Source: Caulobacteraceae bacterium
GTDB lineage: Bacteria > Pseudomonadota > Alphaproteobacteria > Caulobacterales > Caulobacteraceae
NCBI GenBank assembly: GCA_035604515.1
Contig: DATNIH010000040.1
Coordinates: 866 to 64,865, forward strand
Direction of reading: 5' to 3'
Length of the DNA: 64,000 nucleotides
Below are positions 17,860-26,482 of the stretch, one piece after another (the stretch's first letter is position 1; every line of letters starts with the position of its first letter). The position numbers and the translations under genes were made by a program. The notes under the pieces are model-generated. The model did no database searches. It had not been told where the DNA came from and saw only the letters and a list, made by a program, of their open reading frames with translations.

Positions 17860-18987
17860 TTACTCCGCGGCGGCAAGTCGCAGGGCCGGGGCCCGGTCGC
17901 GGAAGTTGATGGCCTTCAGATAGACGATGCCCTCCTCGGCGATGTCGTCGCCGACCATGCGGTCGCCCTCGTTCTTCAGCTCCTCCATGTCGACGTACAT
18001 GCCGTAGAAGGCGCGGGTGCGGTCGGTGATGATGCCGGCGTTGAGCAGGGTCTTGATCAACACCCGGAAGATGTTGGTCGCTTCCTTCATGTCCTCGCGG
18101 CGGTTCTCGTCGGTGGCGATCTCGGCGAATTCGGCGATCACCCGGTCGGGGTCCATGCCGAACTCTTCGTAGAGGTCGCGCTGCTCGGAGGGGGCGACGA
18201 GGTTGAACAGCAGGGTCTGGAAGCAGTGCGCCGCCCAGTCCTCGATGATGATGTGCTCTTCCTCGGTCAGCTTCGGGATGGTCCGGTCGGCCCAGATCTT
18301 CCCGAACTTGTGGTGGAAGGCCTCGTCGGTCATCACCAGCTGCATCAGCTTGCGGCCGAGCGGGTCGTTGAGCTTCTGGTAGAAGGTGGCGAAGGCGCCC
18401 ATGGCCAGGCCCTCGACCAGCATCTGCATGCCGATGATCTTCTTGTAGACCTCCGGCGAGGAGATGATCTCCACCAGCAGGTTCTGCAGCACGGGGCTGG
18501 CGTTCACCGGCCGGCCCCAGCGGGCCTTGATGTACTTGGCGAAGGCCGTGACGTGGCGGGCTTCTTCGCGGGTCTGGTTGGCGGCGTATTCCTGCGCGCC
18601 CTGGTCGTAGAGCACGTGGCAGAGGCTGGCCGACAGGTTCAGCGCGCCTTGCTCGCCGTGCAGGATCGACGAGAACGAGCGCAGCGTCTGGGCGTTGATG
18701 AAGCGGATCCGGGTCTTCGGATCGGCCAGCATCTCCTTGCCGTAGTTGGTCTGCAGCACCCCGATCATTTCTTCGGGGAGCAGCGCCTCGTTCTCCATGT
18801 CGAACGGCTCGTCGAAGTCGATGTAGTCCTTCGACAGCGGATCCCAGAAGTGGTCGTGGGTGGCCGAGATGATCTTGTCGAACGCGGTCGAGCGATTGTT
18901 GTAGCGGTCGAGCTCGAGCATCGACTCGAAATCGTCCGGCGCGACTGCGCGATAGACTTCGTCCTTGGTGATATTTCCGTCGGCCAC
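17860..18987 (-). CDS. Ferritin-like diiron carboxylate protein, paralog 1
   Basis: E (HGEQG), ExxH (EEARH), E (LVEGLA), ExxH (DEAFH); GTG start with GGAGA RBS. Confidence 0.85.
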   Translation of the reverse strand: MADGNITKDEVYRAVAPDDFESMLELDRYNNRSTAFDKIISATHDHFWDPLSKDYIDFDEPFDMENEALLPEEMIGVLQTNYGKEMLADPKTRIRFINAQTLRSFSSILHGEQGALNLSASLCHVLYDQGAQEYAANQTREEARHVTAFAKYIKARWGRPVNASPVLQNLLVEIISSPEVYKKIIGMQMLVEGLAMGAFATFYQKLNDPLGRKLMQLVMTDEAFHHKFGKIWADRTIPKLTEEEHIIIEDWAAHCFQTLLFNLVAPSEQRDLYEEFGMDPDRVIAEFAEIATDENRREDMKEATNIFRVLIKTLLNAGIITDRTRAFYGMYVDMEELKNEGDRMVGDDIAEEGIVYLKAINFRDRAPALRLAAAE

Positions 18988-19135
18988 GGCGGTTCTCCGG
19001 GATGTGAGCAGCGTTTAGACCATGCCTGCGACGAACTCGCAGGTCAAGGAAAATGACGGGGGCGTCACGTTCTTGTCGACTGGCCGCCGCCGTGGTTTTC
19101 GCCGATAGTCGCCGGCGCGAAACAGCGGCAGGGTC

Positions 19136-20389
19136 ATGGCGCGGGGCGACGTGATGGTTCGATGGGCGCAGGGTTTGGCGTTGCTTCTGGCCCTCGCGCT
19201 CGCCGCCAGCGTCGCCGCCGCGCAGCCGACAGAGGCGCCCGCCAGCTGCGAGCGCGACGATGCGGACGCCACCATCGCCGCCTGCTCGGCTCAGATTTCC
19301 GCAGGCCAAGCGCCGGCTTCCAGCTACCAGACCCGGGCGGAGGCCTACGAGGGCAAGGGTCGATACCCTGAAGCCATCGCCGACCGCACTCAGGCGCTCG
19401 CCCTCAACCCCAAGGACTCCGAGGCTCTGGGCTGGCGCGCCATCGACTATGTCCATCTCGGCGACCGCCCGCACGCCATCACCGACTATCGCGCCTATCT
19501 CAAGCTGGACCCGGACGACGCCGACGGCGTCGGCGTCGAGGTGGCGCAGATCGCCTCGACGCCGGCGGCCGCCGCGAAGGATCCTCACAGCCTGGGCGCC
19601 GCGCTCGCCCACGACCCCGTCGCGCAATATGCGTCGCTCAAGGCGGTATTCGCCCAGATGGTCGACGTCAGGAGCGAAGGTCCCGCGCCTCGCGAGGCCA
19701 GGCGTGCCGCCGGAATCCACGACCTGATCGACTGCAAAGAGGGCGGAAGCTACCTCGGCGGTGTGGGGGACGACGCCAGTTTGGTCCCTATCGGGGATTA
19801 TGCGGACCTGGCCTATCAGACCGCCAGTTGGACGCGGCGGCTGCAGGCGATGAGCTATCCGCAGGCGGCCTGGGGGCCGCTGATCGACCGGTTCGAGAAG
19901 GCTCAGATCGCACGGATCCAGCACGAACAGGACGCCGCCCCGGCCGCTCGGCCGGCGAACGCGGATGACCAGTCGAGCGATGAGCAGGCAGGCGACGACC
20001 TGCGCGACGCGCAGGACGCCTTCGCGACCAATTTGGCCAAGACGCTGAACGCCTATCGCCGCGCCCACCCGTCGCTTCACCTGCCGCCGCTGAAGGCGGA
20101 AGGCGGCTGCGGCGCCGTCTCGACCGTGGTCAACGTCAGGAGCCAGCCGGCGGGCGCGGTGGTGATGTTCATCCCGGTGTTCTTCTACAAGCTCTGCCAG
20201 GCGGAGGGCATCAATCCCGACGACACCAATCGGTGCGACCGCTGGCGCGAGATGGTGGACGGCGTCGTCGCCGACGTCAGCGGCGACTACGACTACGTCG
20301 CCCACTGGGCGGATGGCGCGATCCGGAAGGGCCGGTTGAGCCTTAACGCGGTTCAGAACGGGGCCACCATCACACTGGTCAAGCCGTAG
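19136..20389 (+). CDS. Exported TPR-repeat protein with an uncharacterised Cys-containing C-terminal domain
   Basis: Signal peptide (alternative ATG 19154); about two TPR units (AEAYEGKGRYPEAIAD.TQALALNP; RAIDYVHLGD..HAI.DY..YLKLDP). Confidence 0.8.
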   Translation: MARGDVMVRWAQGLALLLALALAASVAAAQPTEAPASCERDDADATIAACSAQISAGQAPASSYQTRAEAYEGKGRYPEAIADRTQALALNPKDSEALGWRAIDYVHLGDRPHAITDYRAYLKLDPDDADGVGVEVAQIASTPAAAAKDPHSLGAALAHDPVAQYASLKAVFAQMVDVRSEGPAPREARRAAGIHDLIDCKEGGSYLGGVGDDASLVPIGDYADLAYQTASWTRRLQAMSYPQAAWGPLIDRFEKAQIARIQHEQDAAPAARPANADDQSSDEQAGDDLRDAQDAFATNLAKTLNAYRRAHPSLHLPPLKAEGGCGAVSTVVNVRSQPAGAVVMFIPVFFYKLCQAEGINPDDTNRCDRWREMVDGVVADVSGDYDYVAHWADGAIRKGRLSLNAVQNGATITLVKP

Positions 20390-21455
20390 GCCGCTGGGGC
20401 CCGGCGCGCGCGGGCGGCGCGGAACGCTGGTGCAGCACCAGGAAACCGCCAGCCAGCACGCCGAGCGCGATGAAGCCCCCAAACCACAGTACGCCGAGAC
20501 CGGCGGTCACCTCGCCGATCGAGCCCGGGGTCCAGAGGTAGCCGGCGTTGTATTCGGCGCCGGCGAGCTCATCGGGTCCGAGAGCCGGGCATTTGTCCTT
20601 GTAGACCAGCAGCGCGTCCTTGGTGCACTCGAAGCCCTTGGCCGAGAGGCGATCGGCCTTCGGCGGCTGGTAGGCGTAGAGCGAGGCGCCGGCGGCGTAG
20701 CCGGCGCCGGCCAGCAGGGCCACCGCGCCGGCGACGATCATGATCAGGCGAACCAGCCGCAAGGCCGCGTCGTCCGATAGGCGGTGGACGATCAGCACGG
20801 CCAGCGCGCAGACGATCGCCGTCAGCGGCGCGGCCGCTGGCGGCCAGGGCGGGGTGAGCACGCCGAGCGCGGCGACGAACGGCAGCGCGACGACGCCGGC
20901 GGCCGGCGCCAGCCCAAGCGCTAGATGCTGCAGGCGCTCGCCCCCGGGCGCCCTCGGGCTGGTCGCGGCAGCCGGGGGCGGCGCCTTGCCGTGTTTCTTG
21001 GCCAGGAGTGTGTCTATGGACGCGATGAGCCGGTCCATGTGGACGTGGAAGTCGCGGCCGGTGGCGATCGTGGCGGCGTTCAGAAAGTGCAGCGGCGCGA
21101 TGCTGTCGGGCAGCGCCTCGGCCGCCGGCATGTGTGCGCCGTCGACCAGCAGCGGGATCAGCGGCAGGCCGAGCTGCAGCGCGGTTTCCACCTCCGCCCG
21201 CACCACGTCCTTCGGCTCGTCGATACGCCGGCCGCCGTCGGCATGTTCGCCCAGCCAGTCACGCCCGATCACCGCCAGGAAGACGTCGCTGCGGCGCAGG
21301 ACCTCTTGAATGTGGTCGCGAAAATCGCTGCCGTAGGGGATGCTGTCGATGTCGATGAACACCGCCTCGGCGCCGTAGCGCGCGGTCAGGCGATCGGCGA
21401 TCCGTCCAGTGATCGCGGCGGAGTCCGCGCGTCGGTAGGAGACGACAATCGAGAT
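20379..21455 (-). CDS. TIR (TIR_2-like) domain protein with about four C-terminal transmembrane helices
   Basis: Frame extends upstream of the tracked GTG to SIVVSYRRADS; VFIDIDSIPYGSDF, LAVIGRDW, VRAEVETAL (catalytic Glu position), LIPLLVDGA.MP; the start appears to be ATC at 21455. Confidence 0.85.
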   Translation of the reverse strand: MSIVVSYRRADSAAITGRIADRLTARYGAEAVFIDIDSIPYGSDFRDHIQEVLRRSDVFLAVIGRDWLGEHADGGRRIDEPKDVVRAEVETALQLGLPLIPLLVDGAHMPAAEALPDSIAPLHFLNAATIATGRDFHVHMDRLIASIDTLLAKKHGKAPPPAAATSPRAPGGERLQHLALGLAPAAGVVALPFVAALGVLTPPWPPAAAPLTAIVCALAVLIVHRLSDDAALRLVRLIMIVAGAVALLAGAGYAAGASLYAYQPPKADRLSAKGFECTKDALLVYKDKCPALGPDELAGAEYNAGYLWTPGSIGEVTAGLGVLWFGGFIALGVLAGGFLVLHQRSAPPARAGPQRPTA

Positions 21456-21508
21456 GGCGGCCTCCGATACGCCGATGGCGTCGCATCGAAGTCATACTGG
21501 AGCGCGCC

Positions 21509-21534
21509 GCCGGCGCCGTCGAGGCGGCGCCGGC
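21509..21534. terminator. GC hairpin between diiron paralog 2 and the TIR gene
   Basis: GCCGGCGCCG-tcgagg-CGGCGCCGGC, a perfect 10-bp stem with no U tract. Confidence 0.35.
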
Positions 21535-21543
21535 CGACCGACG

Positions 21544-22677
21544 CTACTCCGCCGCCACCAGCTGGGCGGCGCCGCGTTCGGCGCTTTCCTTGAAGTTGAT
21601 GGTCTGCAGGAAGCGGATGCCGTCCTCGGCGATGTCGTCGCCAACCATGCGGGTCCCTTCGGCCTGCAGCTCGTCCATGTCGACGTACATGGCGTAGAAG
21701 CCGCGGGTGCGCTGGGTGATCAGGCCGGCGTTGAACAGCGTCTTGATCAGCACCCGGAAGATGTTGGTCTCGCCCTTGAAGCGGCGGGTCGGATCGCGCT
21801 CGGCGCGGCGCTTGATGATGTCCTCGATCACCCGCTGCGGGTCGAGCCCGAAGTCCTCGTACAGCCCCCGCTGCTGGTCGGGCGAGCCGCGGTCGAACAA
21901 CAGGCTCTGGGCGCAGTGCGCGGCCCAGTCCTCGACGATGTTGCGCTCGGATTCGCTGAGCTGCGGCACGGTCTTGTCGGCCCAGATCTTCCCGAACTTG
22001 TGGTGGAACGCCTCGTCGGTCATGACCAGCTGGAACAGCTTGCGGGCCAGCGGGTCGCGGTTGGTGCGGAATCCCGTGGCGAAGGCGCCCATGGCCAGAC
22101 CCTCCACCAGCATCTGCATGCCGATGATCTTCTTGTAGACCTCAGGCGCCTCGATGATGTCGATCAGCAGCTTCTGCAGCGCCGCGCCACACGGGCCCGG
22201 CCGACCCCAGCGGGCCTTGATGTACTTGGCGAAGGCCGTGACGTGGCGGGCTTCCTCGCGGGTCTGGTTGGCGGCGTATTCCTGCGCGCCCTGGTCGTAG
22301 AGTACGTGGCAGAGGCTGGCCGACAGGTTCAGCGCGCCCTGCTCGCCGTGAAGGATCGAGGAGAAGTTGGCGAGCTGCCCGCGGTTGATGAAGCGGATCC
22401 GCTCCTTCGGGTCGGTCAGCGTCTCGGCCACGTAGGGCAGCTTGAGGAACGGGTTGTTCTCCTCCGGCGTCATCGCGACATTTTCCATGTCGAACGGCGT
22501 GTCGAAGTCGATGTAGCGCTTATCGAGCGGGTCCCAGAAGTGGTCGTGGGTGGCCGCGATGATCTTGTCGAACGCGTCCGAGCGCTGCCCATAACGGTCG
22601 AGCTGGAGCATGGATTCGAAGTCGTCCGGCGGCACCGCGCCGTACATGGAATCCTTGGTGATGTTCCCGTCGGCCAT
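21544..22677 (-). CDS. Ferritin-like diiron carboxylate protein, paralog 2
   Basis: Same ligand set as 17860-18987; a 56-aa block is identical between the two; ATG at 22677 with GGAGA RBS. Confidence 0.85.
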   Translation of the reverse strand: MADGNITKDSMYGAVPPDDFESMLQLDRYGQRSDAFDKIIAATHDHFWDPLDKRYIDFDTPFDMENVAMTPEENNPFLKLPYVAETLTDPKERIRFINRGQLANFSSILHGEQGALNLSASLCHVLYDQGAQEYAANQTREEARHVTAFAKYIKARWGRPGPCGAALQKLLIDIIEAPEVYKKIIGMQMLVEGLAMGAFATGFRTNRDPLARKLFQLVMTDEAFHHKFGKIWADKTVPQLSESERNIVEDWAAHCAQSLLFDRGSPDQQRGLYEDFGLDPQRVIEDIIKRRAERDPTRRFKGETNIFRVLIKTLFNAGLITQRTRGFYAMYVDMDELQAEGTRMVGDDIAEDGIRFLQTINFKESAERGAAQLVAAE

Positions 22678-22769
22678 GGCGGTCTCTCCCAGCGTGCTCT
22701 GGAGTAACATGATCAAAGTTCACCTGGAGGTCGCGGTTGTCAACGGCCGTTGAGTTGCGTGCGGCGTTG

Positions 22770-22950
22770 CACTTCCCCTCGCTTGCGAGGGGAAGTGTCG
22801 CAAACGAGCCCCCGCAGGGGCGATGTGCGACGAAGGGGAGACCGGCGGCGCCGAACGAAGCTCGATCCGGCCGACACCTCCCATCCGGCGTGTCTCGCAC
22901 GCTCTCGCGTGCTCGCCTCACGCCACCTTCCCTCGCTCGCGAGGGAAGGA
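22770..22950. repeat. Intergenic palindromic element, diverged family A-like
   Basis: Terminal hairpins CACTTCCCCTCGC-tt-GCGAGGGGAAGTG (22770-22797) and CCTTCCCTCGC-tc-GCGAGGGAAGG (22926-22949). Confidence 0.8.
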
Positions 22951-22954
22951 GCAG

Positions 22955-24187
22955 CTAGGCCCGCCTATCGCGCCTTGCCTTTACCGCCAGGCGCAGGGCG
23001 TTGAGCTTGATGAAGCCGGAGGCGTCGCGGTGGTCGTAGGCGACCTTGCCCTCCTCGAACGTCACCAGGTCCTGGTCGTAGAGCGAGTAGGGGCTCTCGC
23101 GGCCGATGATGGTGACGTTGCCCTTGTAGAGCTTCACCCGCACCTCGCCGGTGACGTAGGCCTGCGAGTGATCGATCGCCGCCTGCAGCATCTCCCGCTC
23201 CGGGGTGAACCAGAAGCCGTTGTAGATCAGCTCCGCATAGCGGGGCATCAGCTCGTCCTTCAGGTGCATGGCGCCGCGGTCGAGGGTGATGCTCTCGATG
23301 CCGCGGTGCGCGGCCAGCAGGATCGTCCCGCCGGGCGTCTCGTAGACCCCGCGTGACTTCATGCCGACAAAGCGGTTCTCCACCAGGTCGAGCCGGCCGA
23401 CGCCGCTGTCGTGGCCGAGCTGGTTGAGCCGGGTCAGCAGCTCGGCCGGCGAGAGCCGCTCGCCGTCGACCGACACCGCATCGCCCTTCTCGAACCCGAG
23501 CGTGAAGACGTGGGCCTTATCCGGCGCGTCCTCCGGGGCGATGGTGCGCTGGAACACGAACTCCGGCGCCTCGACCGCCGGGTCCTCCAGCACCTTCCCC
23601 TCCGATGACGAGTGCAGCAGGTTGGCGTCGACGCTGAACGGCGCCTCGCCGCGCTTGTCCTTGGCGATCGGGATCTGGTGCTTTTCCGCGTACTCGAGCA
23701 TCGCTTCGCGGCTTCTGAAGAAGTTCGGCTCGCGCCAGGGGGCGATCACCCGGATGTCGGGCTCCAGCGCGTAGTAGGCCACCTCGTAGCGCACCTGGTC
23801 GTTGCCCTTGCCGGTCGAGCCGTGGCTGACGGCGTCGGCGCCGACCCTGCGAGCGATGTCGATCTGGGTCTTGGCGATCAGCGGTCGGGCGATCGAGGTG
23901 CCGAGCAGATACTGGCCCTCGTACACCGTGTTGGCCCGGAACATCGGGAACACGTAGTCGCGCACGAACTCCTCGCGCAGGTCCTCGATGAAGATGTTCT
24001 CGGGCTTCACGCCGGCCATCAGCGCCTTCTCGCGCGCCGGCCCCAGCTCCTCGCCCTGGCCGAGGTCGGCGGTGAAGGTCACCACCTCGCAGCCGTACTC
24101 GGTCTGCAGCCACTTCAGGATGATCGACGTGTCCAGCCCGCCCGAGTAGGCGAGCACGACTTTCTTCGGCGGTGGCAGATCGGCCAT
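22955..24187 (-). CDS. argG: Argininosuccinate synthase
   Basis: [49 protein letters not shown]. Confidence 0.97.
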   Translation of the reverse strand: MADLPPPKKVVLAYSGGLDTSIILKWLQTEYGCEVVTFTADLGQGEELGPAREKALMAGVKPENIFIEDLREEFVRDYVFPMFRANTVYEGQYLLGTSIARPLIAKTQIDIARRVGADAVSHGSTGKGNDQVRYEVAYYALEPDIRVIAPWREPNFFRSREAMLEYAEKHQIPIAKDKRGEAPFSVDANLLHSSSEGKVLEDPAVEAPEFVFQRTIAPEDAPDKAHVFTLGFEKGDAVSVDGERLSPAELLTRLNQLGHDSGVGRLDLVENRFVGMKSRGVYETPGGTILLAAHRGIESITLDRGAMHLKDELMPRYAELIYNGFWFTPEREMLQAAIDHSQAYVTGEVRVKLYKGNVTIIGRESPYSLYDQDLVTFEEGKVAYDHRDASGFIKLNALRLAVKARRDRRA

Positions 24188-24292
24188 GGCCCGTCCCCGG
24201 TTCGTTTGAGGCGCGCCTTAAAGTCTGTTGATGACGGAATCGCAAGGGCTTCGCTCCTCCCCCGTTCCGCTACGCTGCACGGGGCAGGAGCG

Positions 24293-26269
24293 TTAGACCG
24301 TCACCTGCGTGCCCAGCTCGACCACGCGGCCGGGCGGGATGCTGAAGAAGTCGGTGGGATTGGTGGCGTTCTTGGTCAGGAAGATGAACAGCTTGTCCTG
24401 CCACAGCGGCATGCCTGATTGCGCCGCCGGCACCACCGAGCGGCGGCCGAGGAAGAAGCTGGTGGCCATGATGTCGAACTTCAGCCCCTGCTTGCGGCAC
24501 AGCGCCAGGCCCTTGGGCAGGTTCGGGCTCTCCATGAAGCCGTAGGTGATGGTCACCTTGGTGAAGTCGGCGCTGATCGGCTCGATCTTCAGCCGGTCGT
24601 CATCCTTCACCCGCGGCGTCTCGGCCGTGCTGACGGTGAGGATCACATTCTTCTCGTGCAGCACCTTGTTGTGCTTGAGGTTGTGCATCAGCGCGACCGG
24701 CGCGACGTCAGGGTCGGAGGTCAGGAACACCGCAGTGCCGGCCACGCGGTGCGGCGCGCGGTTGCGCAGGATCTCGGCGAGGTCCTTGAGCGGGACGCTG
24801 TCGCGGCGGGTCTTGTCGAACAGCAACTGGGTGCCGCGGTTCCAGGTGATCATGATCGCCGCCAGCGAGAGCCCGATCAGCACCGGCGCCCAGCCGCCGG
24901 AGAGGAACTTCAGCGCGTTGGCGGCCAGGAAGGTCAGGTCCATCACCACCAGCGGACCGATCAGGATCGCGGTGCGCAGCGGGCCCCACTTCCACATCCG
25001 GCGCACGACGATATAGGCCAGCGAGGTGGTGACCAGCATGGTGCCGGTGACGGCCAGGCCATAGGCATGGGAGAGGTTGTCGGAAGTCTGGAACATCACC
25101 ACCAGCAACAGCACGCCCACCAGCAGCATCGAGTTGATCTGCGGCAGGAAGATCTGCCCGGTCTGGGTCTCCGAGGTGCGCCGCACGTCCATCCGCGGCA
25201 GCAGGCCCAGCTGGATCGCCTGCTGGCTCAGCGAGTAGGCCCCGGTGATCACCGCCTGCGAGGCGATGATCGTCGCCACCGTGGCCAGGATCACCAGCGG
25301 CGCCCGCAACTCCGGTGGCGCCATCAGGAAGAACCAGTTCAGGTCCGGCATCGGTTGCCCGCGCGCGGTGGCCGCGCCGAGCGCCTTCAGCGCCATCGCG
25401 CCCTGGCCGAGGTAGTTGATGGCCAGGCAGGGCAGGGTCAGGAACAGCCAAGCCGACTGGATCGGCCAGCGCCCGAAATGGCCCATGTCGGCGTAGAGCG
25501 CCTCAGCCCCAGTGACCGTCAAGAACACCGAGCCCAGCACCAGGAATCCGACAAAGCCGTGTTGGGCCAGGAAACCAACCGCGTAGATCGGATTGAGCGA
25601 GAACAGCACGCGCGGATCGTCGAGGATGTGCACCGCGCCCATCACGGCCATGCAGGCGAACCAGACCAGCATGATCGGCCCAAAGAAGGCGCCGACGCGG
25701 GCCGTGCCGCGCGCCTGGACGAAAAAGAGGCCGAACAGGATGGCGATGCTGATGGTCATCACCAGGTCGGTGGTCACCGTGTGTTCCAGGCTGGGGATGG
25801 TGCGTAGCCCCTCGATGGCCGAGAGCACCGAGATCGCCGGGGTGATGATCGCATCGCCGTAGAACAGCGCCGCGCCGATCAGCCCGAGGAAGAACAGCGC
25901 ACGCGTGCGCCGGCCGATCGCGCGCTGGGCCAGCGCCATCAAGGAGAGCACGCCGCCCTCGCCCTTGTTGTCGGCGCGCATCAGGAACAGCACGTACTTG
26001 ACCGTCACCACCATGATCAGCGCCCAGAGCGCCAGCGCGACGATGCCGTAGATGTCGGTGCGGTGGACGGTCTCGCCCTGCATGGTCGAAAGCGCCGAGC
26101 GGAAGGCGTAGAGCGGGCTGGTGCCGATGTCGCCGAAGACGACACCCAGGGAGCCCAGGGCCAGAATCCAGTAGACGCTCTTATGGGCCGGCTTGGGTCC
26201 TGACGCGGGAGCGGCCTCCGGCGGGGTCGCATCCTGCGCGGACGCCGGGGCTGAGGCCTCGAGAGCCAA
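24293..26269 (-). CDS. kup: KUP/HAK/KT potassium transporter
   Basis: GVVFGDIGTSPLY, DNKGEGG, TGAEALYADMGHF, AYGLAV, HNLKHNKVLHE; likely TTG start at 26269 after GGAGG. Confidence 0.95.
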   Translation of the reverse strand: MALEASAPASAQDATPPEAAPASGPKPAHKSVYWILALGSLGVVFGDIGTSPLYAFRSALSTMQGETVHRTDIYGIVALALWALIMVVTVKYVLFLMRADNKGEGGVLSLMALAQRAIGRRTRALFFLGLIGAALFYGDAIITPAISVLSAIEGLRTIPSLEHTVTTDLVMTISIAILFGLFFVQARGTARVGAFFGPIMLVWFACMAVMGAVHILDDPRVLFSLNPIYAVGFLAQHGFVGFLVLGSVFLTVTGAEALYADMGHFGRWPIQSAWLFLTLPCLAINYLGQGAMALKALGAATARGQPMPDLNWFFLMAPPELRAPLVILATVATIIASQAVITGAYSLSQQAIQLGLLPRMDVRRTSETQTGQIFLPQINSMLLVGVLLLVVMFQTSDNLSHAYGLAVTGTMLVTTSLAYIVVRRMWKWGPLRTAILIGPLVVMDLTFLAANALKFLSGGWAPVLIGLSLAAIMITWNRGTQLLFDKTRRDSVPLKDLAEILRNRAPHRVAGTAVFLTSDPDVAPVALMHNLKHNKVLHEKNVILTVSTAETPRVKDDDRLKIEPISADFTKVTITYGFMESPNLPKGLALCRKQGLKFDIMATSFFLGRRSVVPAAQSGMPLWQDKLFIFLTKNATNPTDFFSIPPGRVVELGTQVTV

Positions 26270-26482
26270 TCTGCTTCCTCCAGGGCCGCCGGCCAGGACG
26301 GCCATCACGGCGGGGCCGAAAAGCGGCGGCTTAGCGGCGGCGCGGCGCGATACACCCGATCCAGGCGCCGTTCAATCGCGCCAGTTCACCATGCGGCGTT
26401 TGAACATTCCCTTTCAACGCACCGCGCACCTGCTTAGGTTTCCGCGCCAGATGGCGCCGCAAATCGTCGCGAGGATGGAACG

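Noticed and set aside
17204-20482. 1092-aa minus-strand ORF and many other long overlapping ORFs (e.g. 9122..10720, 13411..15492, 24419..25807, 55937..58555)
   Set aside because: Shadow frames typical of about 70% GC DNA. They are Arg/Gly/Pro-rich, have no motifs and overlap well-supported genes. Only the 3' ends of the first two are real (lipocalin and ArsR).
20379-21455. Calling the TIR gene part of Thoeris, CBASS or another named defence system
   Set aside because: No ThsA (SIR2/Macro), cyclase, NLR or Argonaute partner is present in the window.
17860-22677. Calling the diiron proteins AurF-type N-oxygenases, or the region a biosynthetic cluster
   Set aside because: The additional His ligand before the last ExxH is absent, and there are no NRPS, PKS or precursor genes nearby.
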